64,000 bases of DNA from Mariniphaga sp. (GCA_010906965.1 JAAFHB010000003.1:901-64900), one strand, 5' to 3'. Shown: positions 40,746 to 51,275, numbered from the stretch's first letter. Notes: a model not told the origin generated them from the letters alone. Numbers and translations: made by a program.

Positions 40746-43700
40746 TTAGAATGTTAAAGTTAAACCACCGGTAATAACTCTTTGCGGAGCATATGAAGTT
40801 CCTCCTTCTACTTCAGGGTCGATCAATTTTTGTTTCGACAAGGTAAGTAAATTTGATCCGTTAACATATAAACGAAGGCCTTCAATACCAAGGGATTTAT
40901 TAACACTGGATGGTAAATTATATCCCAGTTCAAAGTTCTTCAAACGGGCATAATTCATGTTCTGAAGCCAAAAGGTATTTTGCTGACTTCTCCAGTATTC
41001 TTCGTCGCGGTTCCATGTTCTTGGGAAAGCAGAGACCGTGTTTTCAGGTGTCCAGCGATTGTCTGCATATAATTTGTAGTAGTTACCGATTTCACCCGAT
41101 TCCGGGTTGACATACTGGACAGATCCCGTTGAACCCTGGAAAAGCATAGACACATCGAACTGCTTAAATCTCAGGTTAATCGTAAGACCACCAACAAATC
41201 TTGGAAAGTTATTCTTCTCATTCATAACTTTGTCTAACCCGTCGATTACCTTATCGTCATTTACATCTTTAAAAATAACATCGCCAGGCTGTGCACCTGC
41301 CCAATGAGGATACGCAGCGACAGCTGCCGCATCTTTAAAAATACCGATTGCCTGATAATACAAGGATGAACCCATTGGTCTTCCTGTAGATTGTTGATAA
41401 TCAGGAATACCTGGTGTTTCATCCCAGAATACAATTTTGTTTTTCGAATAACTACCATTTACAGAAACATCATATTGAAAATCGCCCGACTTGCCGTTGT
41501 AACCTATTGTCGCTTCAATTCCGCGGTTTTGAACCTTTCCGATATTTTCAGGAGGCAAAGTAAGACCTGTAGAACTTGGAATTGAGGCATTCCGTTTAAT
41601 AAGGATCTGAGAACGGATATTGTTGAAATAATCAGCCGAAATTGACAATTTACTATTAAACAAAAGCGCGTCAAATCCAATGTTGGCCTGATTGGCTACT
41701 TCCCATGTAACATTCGGGTTTGGTATTTTTGTCTCATTTAAGAGCTTGGAATCTGTTGAGCCAAATACATAAGTTTTGCCACTAAGATATCCGTAAGTTG
41801 CGAGATATTGATACTCATCAATCCGGTCATTCCCGGTTTGACCCCACGATCCACGAATTTTGAAGTCATTAATAAGGGAAATATTTTCTTTCCAGAAAGC
41901 TTCTTCCGAAATACGCCATCCGGCAGAAACGCCCGGGAAGAAACCAAATTGCTTTGTTGTCGGGAATTTATAAGAACCATCGTATCTCCAAACAAATTCG
42001 ACCATATACTTCTTGCTTAGGTCGTAATTAACGCGGCCAAAATAACTCAGAATAGCACTCTGGCTTGCCGAACCACTATTTGACATATATTGATCCTCAG
42101 CACCGGCAAATAATTGATCAACAGCAGGAGAGATGTAATTTTTTCGGAATGCGTTGAAAATATCTCTTTGTCCGTTTCGTCTTTCTGTACCTGCCATTAC
42201 TTTAATGGTGTGTTTCTCTGCAAATGTTTTATCATAAGAAGCATAGGCATTTATAGTAATTGTCTGTCCGTCAGCCATGTCTTCTGATAGCTGTGGAGCG
42301 TCCAGACCTCTTTTCCCTTTCGTAGTAACATGGTCAGCATTTCCATCCCATGTGTAAAGGTACCAGGGAGTTTCGAATTTTTTATGAAACTGAAATGCTT
42401 TGTCAAAAGAGGCGTTAGCGGTAACTGATAGGCCACTTACCCATGGAATCACAATAACGGTGCGTAAATTACTTTCGAGAATATATCTTTTATCCATGTC
42501 ATATCCTGTAGCTGCAGTTGATGTAACGGCTGGGTTATCACCATATTCAATATCTGGACCCGGATCACCATTGGGCCAGTAAGCAGGCATATTTGGTTTA
42601 CCACGCATCAGCATTCTGAAAATAGAACTGGCTGAACGCGTAGGATAATTCCTCAATTCTTCTCTTCCTGAAACATCAAACGCAATATTGATGTATTTAT
42701 TTATCTTGCCATCGATGTTAGTACGGAAATTGTATTGTTTATAATTGGTTGCACTGTTTTTATAATTGGCATCCTGGTACTGTGCACCTAAAGCAATGAA
42801 ATATTTCATATTTTCAGTTCCACCCGAAATAGAAGCATTTTGCTGATTTTGGCTCGACCAAGGTTTAAATACTTCATTAAACCAATTGGTATTTGGATGT
42901 CCCCAGGGGTCTGATCCATCGGTGTATTTCGTCAGATCGTCCGCTGAATACTTTTGAAAACGACCAAGTGATGGGGTCTTATAATAGGCAATTTCGTTCA
43001 GCATGGTAGAATACTGGGTCGCGTCAGCCATTTCAGGTACACGTGTAGGTTGGTTGAAACCCGTGTTCATGTTTATTGTAACTTTGGGTTTTCCAAGTGC
43101 ACCACGTTTGGTGGTTATCAAAATTACACCATTGGCAGCTTCGGCGCCATAAATAGCGGCTGAAGCATCTTTTAAAATGGTAACACTTTCGATATCCGCC
43201 GAGTTGATACGTTCCATACTACGGTTTGCAATACCATCAACTACAATCAGTGGATTGTTATCTCCCAGTGTATTACCGCCCCGAATTCGCAGCGTAGAGC
43301 CATCATTACCAGGTTCACCGCTTCTTGTAACAGAAGTCAAACCAGGCAGACGACCTACAAGGCTATTGGTTAAATTGACTGCGGGCGATTTCTGTATTTC
43401 AGCACCTTTGGCTGAAACGGCTGAACCAGTTGCGGTTACTTTCTTCTGTGTGCCATAACCAACAACAATAACCTCTTCCACACCCAAAATCTCTGTTTTC
43501 ATCGTCACATCGATCACCTTTTTCTGTCCGATCGCGACTTCCTGTGGTATCATACCCACAAATGAAAAGATCAAAAGTTGTAAATTTGCAGGAACATTAA
43601 GACTGTACTTTCCATCCATGTCAGTAACAGTTCCGGTAGTAGTTCCTTTTACAACAACTGAAACCCCGGGAACAGAGGCTCCACTTTCGTCAGAAACTTT

Positions 43701-43823
43701 TCCGGATACTAACTTTTGTTGGGCAAAGGCCATACCGGTCATGAAAAACATAAGAAGTACCAGAGATAGTAACTTTCTGGTAAATTTCCCCTTAGGTAGA
43801 AAAATCTGATTTTTTAGTTTCAT
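40746..43823 (-). CDS. susC: SusC/RagA-family TonB-dependent transporter
   Basis: 1025 aa with a signal peptide. It has a carboxypeptidase-regulatory-like domain (VSGKVSDESGASVPGVSVVVKGTTTGTVTDMDGKYSL), a plug (NPLIVVDGI) and a C-terminal beta-barrel ending GGLTLTF. No STN/anti-sigma domain is present. Confidence 0.95.
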   Translation of the reverse strand: MKLKNQIFLPKGKFTRKLLSLVLLMFFMTGMAFAQQKLVSGKVSDESGASVPGVSVVVKGTTTGTVTDMDGKYSLNVPANLQLLIFSFVGMIPQEVAIGQKKVIDVTMKTEILGVEEVIVVGYGTQKKVTATGSAVSAKGAEIQKSPAVNLTNSLVGRLPGLTSVTRSGEPGNDGSTLRIRGGNTLGDNNPLIVVDGIANRSMERINSADIESVTILKDASAAIYGAEAANGVILITTKRGALGKPKVTINMNTGFNQPTRVPEMADATQYSTMLNEIAYYKTPSLGRFQKYSADDLTKYTDGSDPWGHPNTNWFNEVFKPWSSQNQQNASISGGTENMKYFIALGAQYQDANYKNSATNYKQYNFRTNIDGKINKYINIAFDVSGREELRNYPTRSASSIFRMLMRGKPNMPAYWPNGDPGPDIEYGDNPAVTSTAATGYDMDKRYILESNLRTVIVIPWVSGLSVTANASFDKAFQFHKKFETPWYLYTWDGNADHVTTKGKRGLDAPQLSEDMADGQTITINAYASYDKTFAEKHTIKVMAGTERRNGQRDIFNAFRKNYISPAVDQLFAGAEDQYMSNSGSASQSAILSYFGRVNYDLSKKYMVEFVWRYDGSYKFPTTKQFGFFPGVSAGWRISEEAFWKENISLINDFKIRGSWGQTGNDRIDEYQYLATYGYLSGKTYVFGSTDSKLLNETKIPNPNVTWEVANQANIGFDALLFNSKLSISADYFNNIRSQILIKRNASIPSSTGLTLPPENIGKVQNRGIEATIGYNGKSGDFQYDVSVNGSYSKNKIVFWDETPGIPDYQQSTGRPMGSSLYYQAIGIFKDAAAVAAYPHWAGAQPGDVIFKDVNDDKVIDGLDKVMNEKNNFPRFVGGLTINLRFKQFDVSMLFQGSTGSVQYVNPESGEIGNYYKLYADNRWTPENTVSAFPRTWNRDEEYWRSQQNTFWLQNMNYARLKNFELGYNLPSSVNKSLGIEGLRLYVNGSNLLTLSKQKLIDPEVEGGTSYAPQRVITGGLTLTF

Positions 43824-44260
43824 AAATACATAAACTTTAAGATTAGTAAATAAAATGATAAGAACGCTTGTTTGTTTGTCTTATTGTTACTTTGTTGAAT
43901 TGATGTGTTAAATGCTTATGGTTTAGTGTTTAGTAGTAATGTTTTCCTTGTATTGCCATATGCATTTTAGTAGTAAGCATCAAAACAATTATTTATAGAA
44001 ATCTTTGAGGTTCAGGATCATCAACAGTTTCAATAATGCTGTTAATGTTTATCCGGTATTTCTCAACACAGCTACTCAATCTTACTAAAGCGTGGTGGCT
44101 GCTCCCTGATACAGGTGAGATTTACACCTGTATTTAAAAGTTTAAAGGGTATGCTCAGTTCATTTACTGCATTTTTAATGGTTTTGTAGGTTCTTAATAA
44201 TTATAGCATTGAAATCCATTTTTAAAAAGTGCTTTTTCATTTTTTTTCATTCTTTCTTTA

Positions 44261-44282
44261 ACTGGTTGGTACTGGTTGGTAC
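44261..44282. repeat. Perfect 10-bp tandem direct repeat ACTGGTTGGT x2 (+AC)
   Basis: Read directly at 44261-44270 and 44271-44280. It abuts the candidate minus-strand -7 box at 44282-44289. Confidence 0.8.
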
Positions 44283-44289
44283 AAATGTA
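44282..44289 (-). promoter_or_regulatory. Candidate -7 promoter box (TACATTTG on minus strand) in the 578-bp gap upstream of susC
   Basis: The plus strand reads CAAATGTA, an exact TAnnTTTG match on the minus strand. It would give a ~450-nt leader before susC ATG 43823. Confidence 0.3.
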
Positions 44290-44401
44290 TACTAAATAGA
44301 TTTCTTTGGTATAGAAAAGGAAATGTTTTACAACATGTTTTTTAACACATTGTAACATTTTTTCATACTAAGATTAAAAGTTAAAATCAAAAAGAAGATT
44401 C

Positions 44402-46570
44402 TTACTTTGCTTCGGTAATTTCGATAACAGCACTCGTTAAATCGCTGTTGTTTGGCAACGTAAGGCCTATTTTCATCAGGTAATCTCCTGAAAAAGTTTT
44501 GCCTTCTGCCATAAAACGACTCCTTCCATTGGGCATTTTGTTGATTTCTTCCATCCGGTAATTTTTGTTGGCGTCTAAGCCCATTAAACGTACCGGACTA
44601 AACTGTCCGAATGCGCGAGGATGAAGCGAATAAGCGAAAAGTATCGATTTACTCTTATCCACAGAGGTGTACATCAGGACGGCCCGCTCTTCTTCGTATG
44701 GTGAAACGAGGCGGTACAAATCTCCCTTCCAGATAAGATCCTTCAGCCGGTTGTAATTTTGCACAGCCTCTTTGCTGAATTTTAATTCGGCCTCTGTCAT
44801 CTCTTTTACGCGGATATCGTACCCCATTTTGCCCATCATGGCCACATCAGTTCTGAATTTCAGGGACTGCTTGCCCATTGACGTGATGTGATTACAGGAG
44901 GTGATACTCGGGAAGAAATAGGAATATCCCCATTGGATAAAAACGCGTTCGTAAGCATCGGTATTGTCACTTGGCCAGAATTCGGTGAAATATTTCAGCG
45001 CTCCGTAGTCGGTTCTGCCACCACCACCAGAACAAAGCATAATTGGTAATTTCGGATATTTAGCGCGCAGACGTTCCATTACCCGGTAAAAACTGCGTAC
45101 ATATTCAATCTGAACATGCGACTGATTGTCTTTGAGATAGGCTGAATAGGTATTGGTCATCATCCGGTTGCAATCCCATTTGATAAAAGAAATTTTAGGA
45201 TTTTTGGTCAGCATGTCATCTACCAATTTATATACAAACTCTTGAACTTCTGGATTTGTTAAGTCGAGTACAAGCTGATTGCGGTAATAATGTTCATCGC
45301 GGTTTGGAAGTTTAAGAATCCAGTCAGGGTGTTTTTCGTATAATTCACTTTTGGGATTTACCATTTCGGGTTCGATCCAGATACCGAATTTTACCCCTTT
45401 TGCTTCCGCCTGTTCAACCAGATATCCCAGTCCGTGTGGCAATTTAGTGGCAGTTTCCTGCCAGTCACCCAAACCTGCGCGATCATCTTTACGGGGATAC
45501 TTGTTTCCAAACCAGCCGTCATCAAGCAGGAAGAGATCAACGCCTAATTCTTTTGCCCCTCCGAATAATTCGGTTAGTTTACTTTCGTCAAAATCAAAAT
45601 AGGTTGCCTCCCAGTTGTTTAGAAGCGTTAACCTGCTTCCGTTGCCATCGAGCACCCCATAATTTCTTGCCCAGGAGTGGAAATTGCGGCTTGCCTGTCC
45701 TTTCCCCATGTTACTGAAAGTGAACAGAAATTCGGGCGTCACAAAATTCTCGTTTGGATTCAGATGATATTCGGATGCAAAAGGATTTATACCTGAGATC
45801 ATCCTCAAAGAGTTGCTGTTATCGATCTCGAAAAGCATTTGAAAGCTTCCTGTCCAACCCAATGTTCCGGCAATTACTTCGCCTGAATTTTCATCGGCAG
45901 GTTTATTTTTGGCAAGGAAAAATACCGGCGTCTGGTACATATTTGCCCGTGTTCCGAGTTTGCTGTCGATGGTTTTGATACCGCTCGTAAGTTGGCTTTC
46001 TTCCATGCGCATCTCCTTTGCCCAGTCGCCGTGAAACTGTGTAAGCCAGTATTTATCAGCATCGAGATGTAGCATTGAAGAGGCGAAATTGCTTATAATC
46101 ACCGGTTTCTTTTCCTGGTGTTTAATCTCTGTCCAGGTTTTAATAATGTTCTCCTTCTGGAATGCCGTGAAGTTCAAACGAACCTCAACCGGATATTTGG
46201 GATCTTTCAGAAGGATTGAAGTTGTGATCAGATTTCCATCTGTGGTTACCTTCTCATCTGCAAACAACAATTCGAGCGATTGATTTCCATCATTATGCAA
46301 CATTTTTATTGCTGGTTCAAACAGATTATCTGTTCCTGAAGGTATATATGCTTCGTGCAGAGTGGGCAATAATTTGTAGTCTTCTGAATTTTTAAGTTTC
46401 TCACCCAGGTAGACCTGATATAATTTATGATTGTTTGCAACTGAAAGGACCAATGCTGTATTTTCAGTCTCGATTATCAATTGCTTTTGATTAACAGGAG
46501 GTTGCGGAAATTGTGCCGATGCATTCAGAAATAAACGGATGAATACTAATACAAATAAAATCTTTTTCAT
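44402..46570 (-). CDS. GH36 alpha-galactosidase
   Basis: The ORF track starts at 46630; ATG 46570 provides the signal peptide MKKILFVLVFIRLFLNASAQ. Motifs are LLDDGWF, IKWDCN and CSGGGGR. Confidence 0.9.
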   Translation of the reverse strand: MKKILFVLVFIRLFLNASAQFPQPPVNQKQLIIETENTALVLSVANNHKLYQVYLGEKLKNSEDYKLLPTLHEAYIPSGTDNLFEPAIKMLHNDGNQSLELLFADEKVTTDGNLITTSILLKDPKYPVEVRLNFTAFQKENIIKTWTEIKHQEKKPVIISNFASSMLHLDADKYWLTQFHGDWAKEMRMEESQLTSGIKTIDSKLGTRANMYQTPVFFLAKNKPADENSGEVIAGTLGWTGSFQMLFEIDNSNSLRMISGINPFASEYHLNPNENFVTPEFLFTFSNMGKGQASRNFHSWARNYGVLDGNGSRLTLLNNWEATYFDFDESKLTELFGGAKELGVDLFLLDDGWFGNKYPRKDDRAGLGDWQETATKLPHGLGYLVEQAEAKGVKFGIWIEPEMVNPKSELYEKHPDWILKLPNRDEHYYRNQLVLDLTNPEVQEFVYKLVDDMLTKNPKISFIKWDCNRMMTNTYSAYLKDNQSHVQIEYVRSFYRVMERLRAKYPKLPIMLCSGGGGRTDYGALKYFTEFWPSDNTDAYERVFIQWGYSYFFPSITSCNHITSMGKQSLKFRTDVAMMGKMGYDIRVKEMTEAELKFSKEAVQNYNRLKDLIWKGDLYRLVSPYEEERAVLMYTSVDKSKSILFAYSLHPRAFGQFSPVRLMGLDANKNYRMEEINKMPNGRSRFMAEGKTFSGDYLMKIGLTLPNNSDLTSAVIEITEAK

Positions 46571-46654
46571 AGCTGGGGCATTAAAGTATGATTTAATTAG
46601 AGATGATAAAGGTATTGTAATATTTTTCAAATTGCCGAATTTTTAATATGTATT

Positions 46655-49600
46655 TTAAGGTTTCAGAGGCACCGCAGGTTTTTTAATTCCAGGAAAGTCC
46701 GGAATTACTTCTGTCTTATTTTCTTTTACGTCCTTTTGTTGCTCAGGCGTTTTAGTGTACATTTTTAGTACACCACTGGCATGTCGGTAATAATGTCCCC
46801 TGAGATCTTTGGAATAATTGGTCAGAATTTCCTTCCCCAATCCGTTGACATCACCACAACGGAACAGTGCCCTGGCAAGGATCAATTCGCGTAGTGAATT
46901 ATTTCGTGTACTCGTGTCGGTATCGCCGGCAGGAGTCAATCGTTTAGCTGTCTGAATATCCGGCATCGAATGACCCGTTATGCCAGGAAGTTGCAGCAGA
47001 TCATAAAGAATTAAAGCGCCCCTGTTATCTCCGATGGTTTCGAGTGCCATCGCAACTGCCCTGAAATGTGAAAATTCGCTTGTAGTGGTTAGTCTCTTAG
47101 ACATCTTCTCAAGAACTGGAATTGCCTCTGCTCTTTTGGTTCTTCCAAGTGCAATGATTAATCCATCAAGATAGCTGATGCTTTTGCCAAATTGTCCCAT
47201 TCCGGTGTAATTCCAGCCTCCATCCCAGTTGCCGGCATTTTCAACGGCCTCCTGCAATACTTCTCCGCCGGCCGCATTTCCCAGCATACCGAGAATTCTG
47301 GCATAGGTCAACTGATCTTCGGGAGTTTTGGTTTGATTAAATGCGTCAACCATCAATGGCATTGAACGCGTTTTGTCCCAAAGCAGAATTTCGAGCCCAT
47401 CGAGGTTATGGGTAACCGTGGAGGCTGCCTGCCTGATCATTTCATCTGTCGGCGGAAAATTATCCTTGTCGGTAAGCACCGACTCCGGAAGACTTTCAAT
47501 CTTAACAAGTTCCTTTTGGAGTGATGGCAGATCGATATTGCGGATCATCTGATTGTTTTTCGCTGCTATTGCTGCAGCCCATCCTACCGCATAGCCCTGA
47601 TTTTGCAGACAGGGTTGCATCCTGATCACAGGCATTGCATCGCGGTCGGCACTTGCCCCGAGACCAGTCACTGCAATTCCTTCGATTCCCTTTGGTAAAA
47701 GGGCGCGGAAAGGGACATACGCTGTTACGTCGGCTCCGCTGTGTTCGGGTGGCTTCAGATAAAAGAACGAATCTTCCGTGAAACCATGGGTGTCGAATGA
47801 ACTTACATGTATCGAGATAACATCGGGATAGGTCCGGCCATTGTAAATATCCAGTGCTGATATTGTGAAATCCCCAACCATCCGGCGACGTTCGCGTGTT
47901 TGCGATAATTTTCCGATGTCGTACTGGTCCGAAAATTTATCTTTAGCAACAATAAAGGTCCACCAAATGTCGAGCATATCGGTGTCATCGGTAAAAGTCC
48001 AGTCGCTGTTGTTGTAAAAATCGTTTGGGTTTTTAAACGGCATTCCGGCTCCCTGAACGGCCACTGAATTGCCATCTGTGTATATAAATCCTGCTCCTGC
48101 GGCAATTGCAATATCAGAACTTCCTGACGAATCGATCACCGTATGCGCCAGAATTACCCCTTTACCAAATGGAGTTGCTACAATAACCCCTTTCACTTTT
48201 CCCTTGTCAATATAAGCGCCACAACCTAATACGCCGAACCAGATTTCTCCACCGGCATTTCGAATTTCGCGTCTGAAATATTCTGTTTTCCAGTCGAATA
48301 CCCATTCGTCGAGCCTGTTCTTTTGTCGCACATTTCCTTCGCCAATCGCTTTTACACCGTTATCAACCACATTTGTATATCCTTTCCGGTAACCGTGATA
48401 ATAGCGACCTACCATACCCAAAGTTCCGATTCCGCCTAATCCATGCAAATACTCAATTACCATCGTTTTTGCGCCATGGCGTGCAGCACCTACCGCTGCG
48501 GGGGCACCGGCAGTTCCTCCTCCCATTACAACAACATCGTAACGACCAAGAACCGGAAGAGTCGTCGCTTCTGACAGGATCGTACCCTGGCTTAATGAAG
48601 GACGGATTCCGGCAAGTAACTCACCAACATCACCTTTTACGGAATTCGAATGCCGGTTTCCTTTAATCTTCACGGAATTTGACATCGAAGTTGCAGACGC
48701 CATATTTGCTGCTTCTTTTCCGATTCTTTCCCCGATTCGGATCATTCCTCCGGGTTGCAAAAGGTTTGCAGCGATGGTCCGTGAAACATCAGCCATTCCG
48801 TTTAATAAAAAGATGCGACTGACTTTTTGTGGTTGAAAGGGGGTAAGAACAATCTCTTCACTATTGGTCGCTGCTTTGTCAAAGCTACTTTTTCCGATGA
48901 TATGATCGGGTGGAACCTGGAAAAGCAGATCTCCCGATTCAACCTGATTGGAATCCCAGGTGAGATCACGGGCTATTTGCTCTGCATTCGCGAACGACTC
49001 GTAAGCGCCATTTTTCATTTCAATATCCAGCGAATATTCAATGGCTTTATACTCTTTCTCTTTCACAACCACGGGTTGAGGCATCAGCTGTGAAGATCCG
49101 TTTGCAAGCTTTTTCTCATTATTTCCCAATACAATGAACCGGAAATTCTGTTTGCCGGCAGGATAGGGCGTAAACGAGGCCGAAGTAAGGCGTGAAACCA
49201 TTGCCCTCGGCGTTGCATCGATAATGATCTTCGCCTTTATAGCCTGTCTTCCGGAACGGTTGGCGATCACAACACCGGCAGGATTACCCTGGGCATCTGT
49301 CAGCAGATCGGTGACGTAACTTGAGAATAGAAATTCTATTTTATTGTTGATTAATTCATTATCGAGTGTCTGTTTAAACTTTAACGGAACCGGAAGTCCG
49401 TTGCTGAAGAGTTTTTTGCCAAGTGAAGTTTTTAAAGCCTCCTTATGAATGTTCCAGTAACGATAAGTACCACAGACATCTTCACCAAGATAGGTCTCCT
49501 GCGCAACAAGAAAAACCTTTGCTCCGCTTTGTGCTGCACTTACAGCAGCTGCTACTGCTGCCGTTGATCCACCAACCACGACCACATCAACAGTATATGC

Positions 49601-49744
49601 CACAGGTATTTTGCGTTCAGACTGGTAACAAAATTTAGCTGTAATGTTTTCGTTAGCAGGAGCTTCGGGGAAAGCAAACAGATTGCCGGTAGCGAGAACC
49701 GCTGAACCTGTTGCCGTTGATAGAATAAAATCTCTTCGTTTCAT
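46655..49744 (-). CDS. Tat-signal, tandem FAD-dependent-oxidoreductase-domain protein with C-terminal HEAT-like repeats
   Basis: 1029 aa. MKRRDFILSTATGSAVLATG is a twin-arginine signal. Two dinucleotide-binding motifs are present: VDVVVVGGSTAAVAAAVSAAQSGAKV (aa ~52-76) and YDVVVMGGGTAGAPAAVGAARHGAKT (aa ~402-427). The C-terminal ~250 aa is helical and repeat-like (ARILGMLGN..., AIPVLEKMSKRL, AVAMALETIGDNRG). Confidence 0.8.
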   Translation of the reverse strand: MKRRDFILSTATGSAVLATGNLFAFPEAPANENITAKFCYQSERKIPVAYTVDVVVVGGSTAAVAAAVSAAQSGAKVFLVAQETYLGEDVCGTYRYWNIHKEALKTSLGKKLFSNGLPVPLKFKQTLDNELINNKIEFLFSSYVTDLLTDAQGNPAGVVIANRSGRQAIKAKIIIDATPRAMVSRLTSASFTPYPAGKQNFRFIVLGNNEKKLANGSSQLMPQPVVVKEKEYKAIEYSLDIEMKNGAYESFANAEQIARDLTWDSNQVESGDLLFQVPPDHIIGKSSFDKAATNSEEIVLTPFQPQKVSRIFLLNGMADVSRTIAANLLQPGGMIRIGERIGKEAANMASATSMSNSVKIKGNRHSNSVKGDVGELLAGIRPSLSQGTILSEATTLPVLGRYDVVVMGGGTAGAPAAVGAARHGAKTMVIEYLHGLGGIGTLGMVGRYYHGYRKGYTNVVDNGVKAIGEGNVRQKNRLDEWVFDWKTEYFRREIRNAGGEIWFGVLGCGAYIDKGKVKGVIVATPFGKGVILAHTVIDSSGSSDIAIAAGAGFIYTDGNSVAVQGAGMPFKNPNDFYNNSDWTFTDDTDMLDIWWTFIVAKDKFSDQYDIGKLSQTRERRRMVGDFTISALDIYNGRTYPDVISIHVSSFDTHGFTEDSFFYLKPPEHSGADVTAYVPFRALLPKGIEGIAVTGLGASADRDAMPVIRMQPCLQNQGYAVGWAAAIAAKNNQMIRNIDLPSLQKELVKIESLPESVLTDKDNFPPTDEMIRQAASTVTHNLDGLEILLWDKTRSMPLMVDAFNQTKTPEDQLTYARILGMLGNAAGGEVLQEAVENAGNWDGGWNYTGMGQFGKSISYLDGLIIALGRTKRAEAIPVLEKMSKRLTTTSEFSHFRAVAMALETIGDNRGALILYDLLQLPGITGHSMPDIQTAKRLTPAGDTDTSTRNNSLRELILARALFRCGDVNGLGKEILTNYSKDLRGHYYRHASGVLKMYTKTPEQQKDVKENKTEVIPDFPGIKKPAVPLKP

Positions 49745-49829
49745 CAGTAGATAATTTGTTTTTTAATTGCCTTATGGATCACCCGTATCATCTTCATTCG
49801 TGAATGTGAAGGGAAGAATCAAGGGTGTT

Positions 49830-51275
49830 TCATGAAATAAGTTTATCAGGTTGTTCTCTTAATTTTCTCCGGTAAAGTTCGAATACTGTAAATGCTACGA
49901 TAGCGACAATAAAGCCGATTGAAAGTGAAATATTGTAGGACAAGTTAAACCCTTCGGGAGCAAAAAATAAATAGGAAGTTATTACGATGGTCATGAAAAG
50001 GGCAGGAAGGAGCGTTACAAAGTGGGTCTTATGCTCTCTGACCAGATAAACGGTTATCGTCCATAGTACTACGGCTGCAAGGGTTTGGTTCGACCAGGCA
50101 AAATACCGCCAAATGATGGCGAAATCAACTTGTGTGAGGACATATCCAGCCATAAAAAGCGGAATACTGATGAGCAATCTGTTTTTTATCGGGCCTTGCT
50201 TAAAATTCAGAAAATCAGCAACAATCAGACGGGCGCTCCTAAATGCGGTATCGCCTGAAGTGATAGGTGCTGCAACTACGCCAAGTAAAGCCAATGCTCC
50301 GCCAACACGTCCCAGCAACGAGTTTGATATTTCGTTGACTAAAAAAGCAGCGTTCCCTTTTTCTGCCAGCATCACTTCATTTAACTGACCAACACCGCCA
50401 TAAAATGCCATTCCGATAGCAGCCCAAATCAGCGCGACAATACCCTCTGTAATCATCGCACCATAAAATACGCGCCGCCCCAGTTTTTCATTTGTAATAC
50501 ATCGGGCCATCAACGGTGATTGTGTGGCGTGAAATCCTGATATAGCACCACAAGCGATCGTAATGAACATCATTGGGAAGATGGGAAATTGTTCGGGCTG
50601 ATCGTGAAAGTTCGTCAGGTTACTCATCGTCAGTTCAGGAATATGGTAGCCTCCGACAAACAGCGCGGTAATTAATCCTATCGCCATAAACAGTAGGGCA
50701 AAGCCAAAAACCGGATAAATCTTACCGATGATTTTATCAATCGGAAGCAGTGTGGCTAATACATAATAAAAGAAGACCACCCATACCCAAAAATTCATTG
50801 TAAGGTAATCAGGCGTCAGACTGGCAAGGATTTTTGCGGGTCCCATAATAAAAACAGCACCTACAATAATCATTAAAATCACCGTAAATCCTCTCATTAT
50901 CTGTTTGGTATTTCTGCCAAGATAAATACCGACAATTTCGGTGATGCTTAAGCCGTTGTGTTTAATTGAGAGCATCCCGGAAAAATAATCATGAACGCCA
51001 CCAGCAAATATTGACCCTAATACAATCCATAAAAAGGCAACTGGCCCCCACATGGCACCTGCAACTGCGCCAAAAATAGGACCCAATCCTGCAATATTAA
51101 GAAACTGAATCAAAAATACCCTCCACCAAGGCATTGGTACATAGTCGACACCATCAGTCAGTTTGTAGGCTGGAGTCTCACGTTTCGGGTCAATACCGGC
51201 AATTTTTTCCAGGTACCTTGAATAAAAGAAATACCCCAGGAGAAGTACAAGGATTGATAAAGTAAATGTAATCAT
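49830..51275 (-). CDS. cstA: CstA-family (carbon starvation protein A; peptide/pyruvate) transporter
   Basis: 481 aa, polytopic. It carries the conserved N-terminal CstA block FLNIAGLGPIFGAVAGAMWGPVAFLWIVLGSIFAGGVHDY. Confidence 0.85.
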   Translation of the reverse strand: MITFTLSILVLLLGYFFYSRYLEKIAGIDPKRETPAYKLTDGVDYVPMPWWRVFLIQFLNIAGLGPIFGAVAGAMWGPVAFLWIVLGSIFAGGVHDYFSGMLSIKHNGLSITEIVGIYLGRNTKQIMRGFTVILMIIVGAVFIMGPAKILASLTPDYLTMNFWVWVVFFYYVLATLLPIDKIIGKIYPVFGFALLFMAIGLITALFVGGYHIPELTMSNLTNFHDQPEQFPIFPMMFITIACGAISGFHATQSPLMARCITNEKLGRRVFYGAMITEGIVALIWAAIGMAFYGGVGQLNEVMLAEKGNAAFLVNEISNSLLGRVGGALALLGVVAAPITSGDTAFRSARLIVADFLNFKQGPIKNRLLISIPLFMAGYVLTQVDFAIIWRYFAWSNQTLAAVVLWTITVYLVREHKTHFVTLLPALFMTIVITSYLFFAPEGFNLSYNISLSIGFIVAIVAFTVFELYRRKLREQPDKLIS

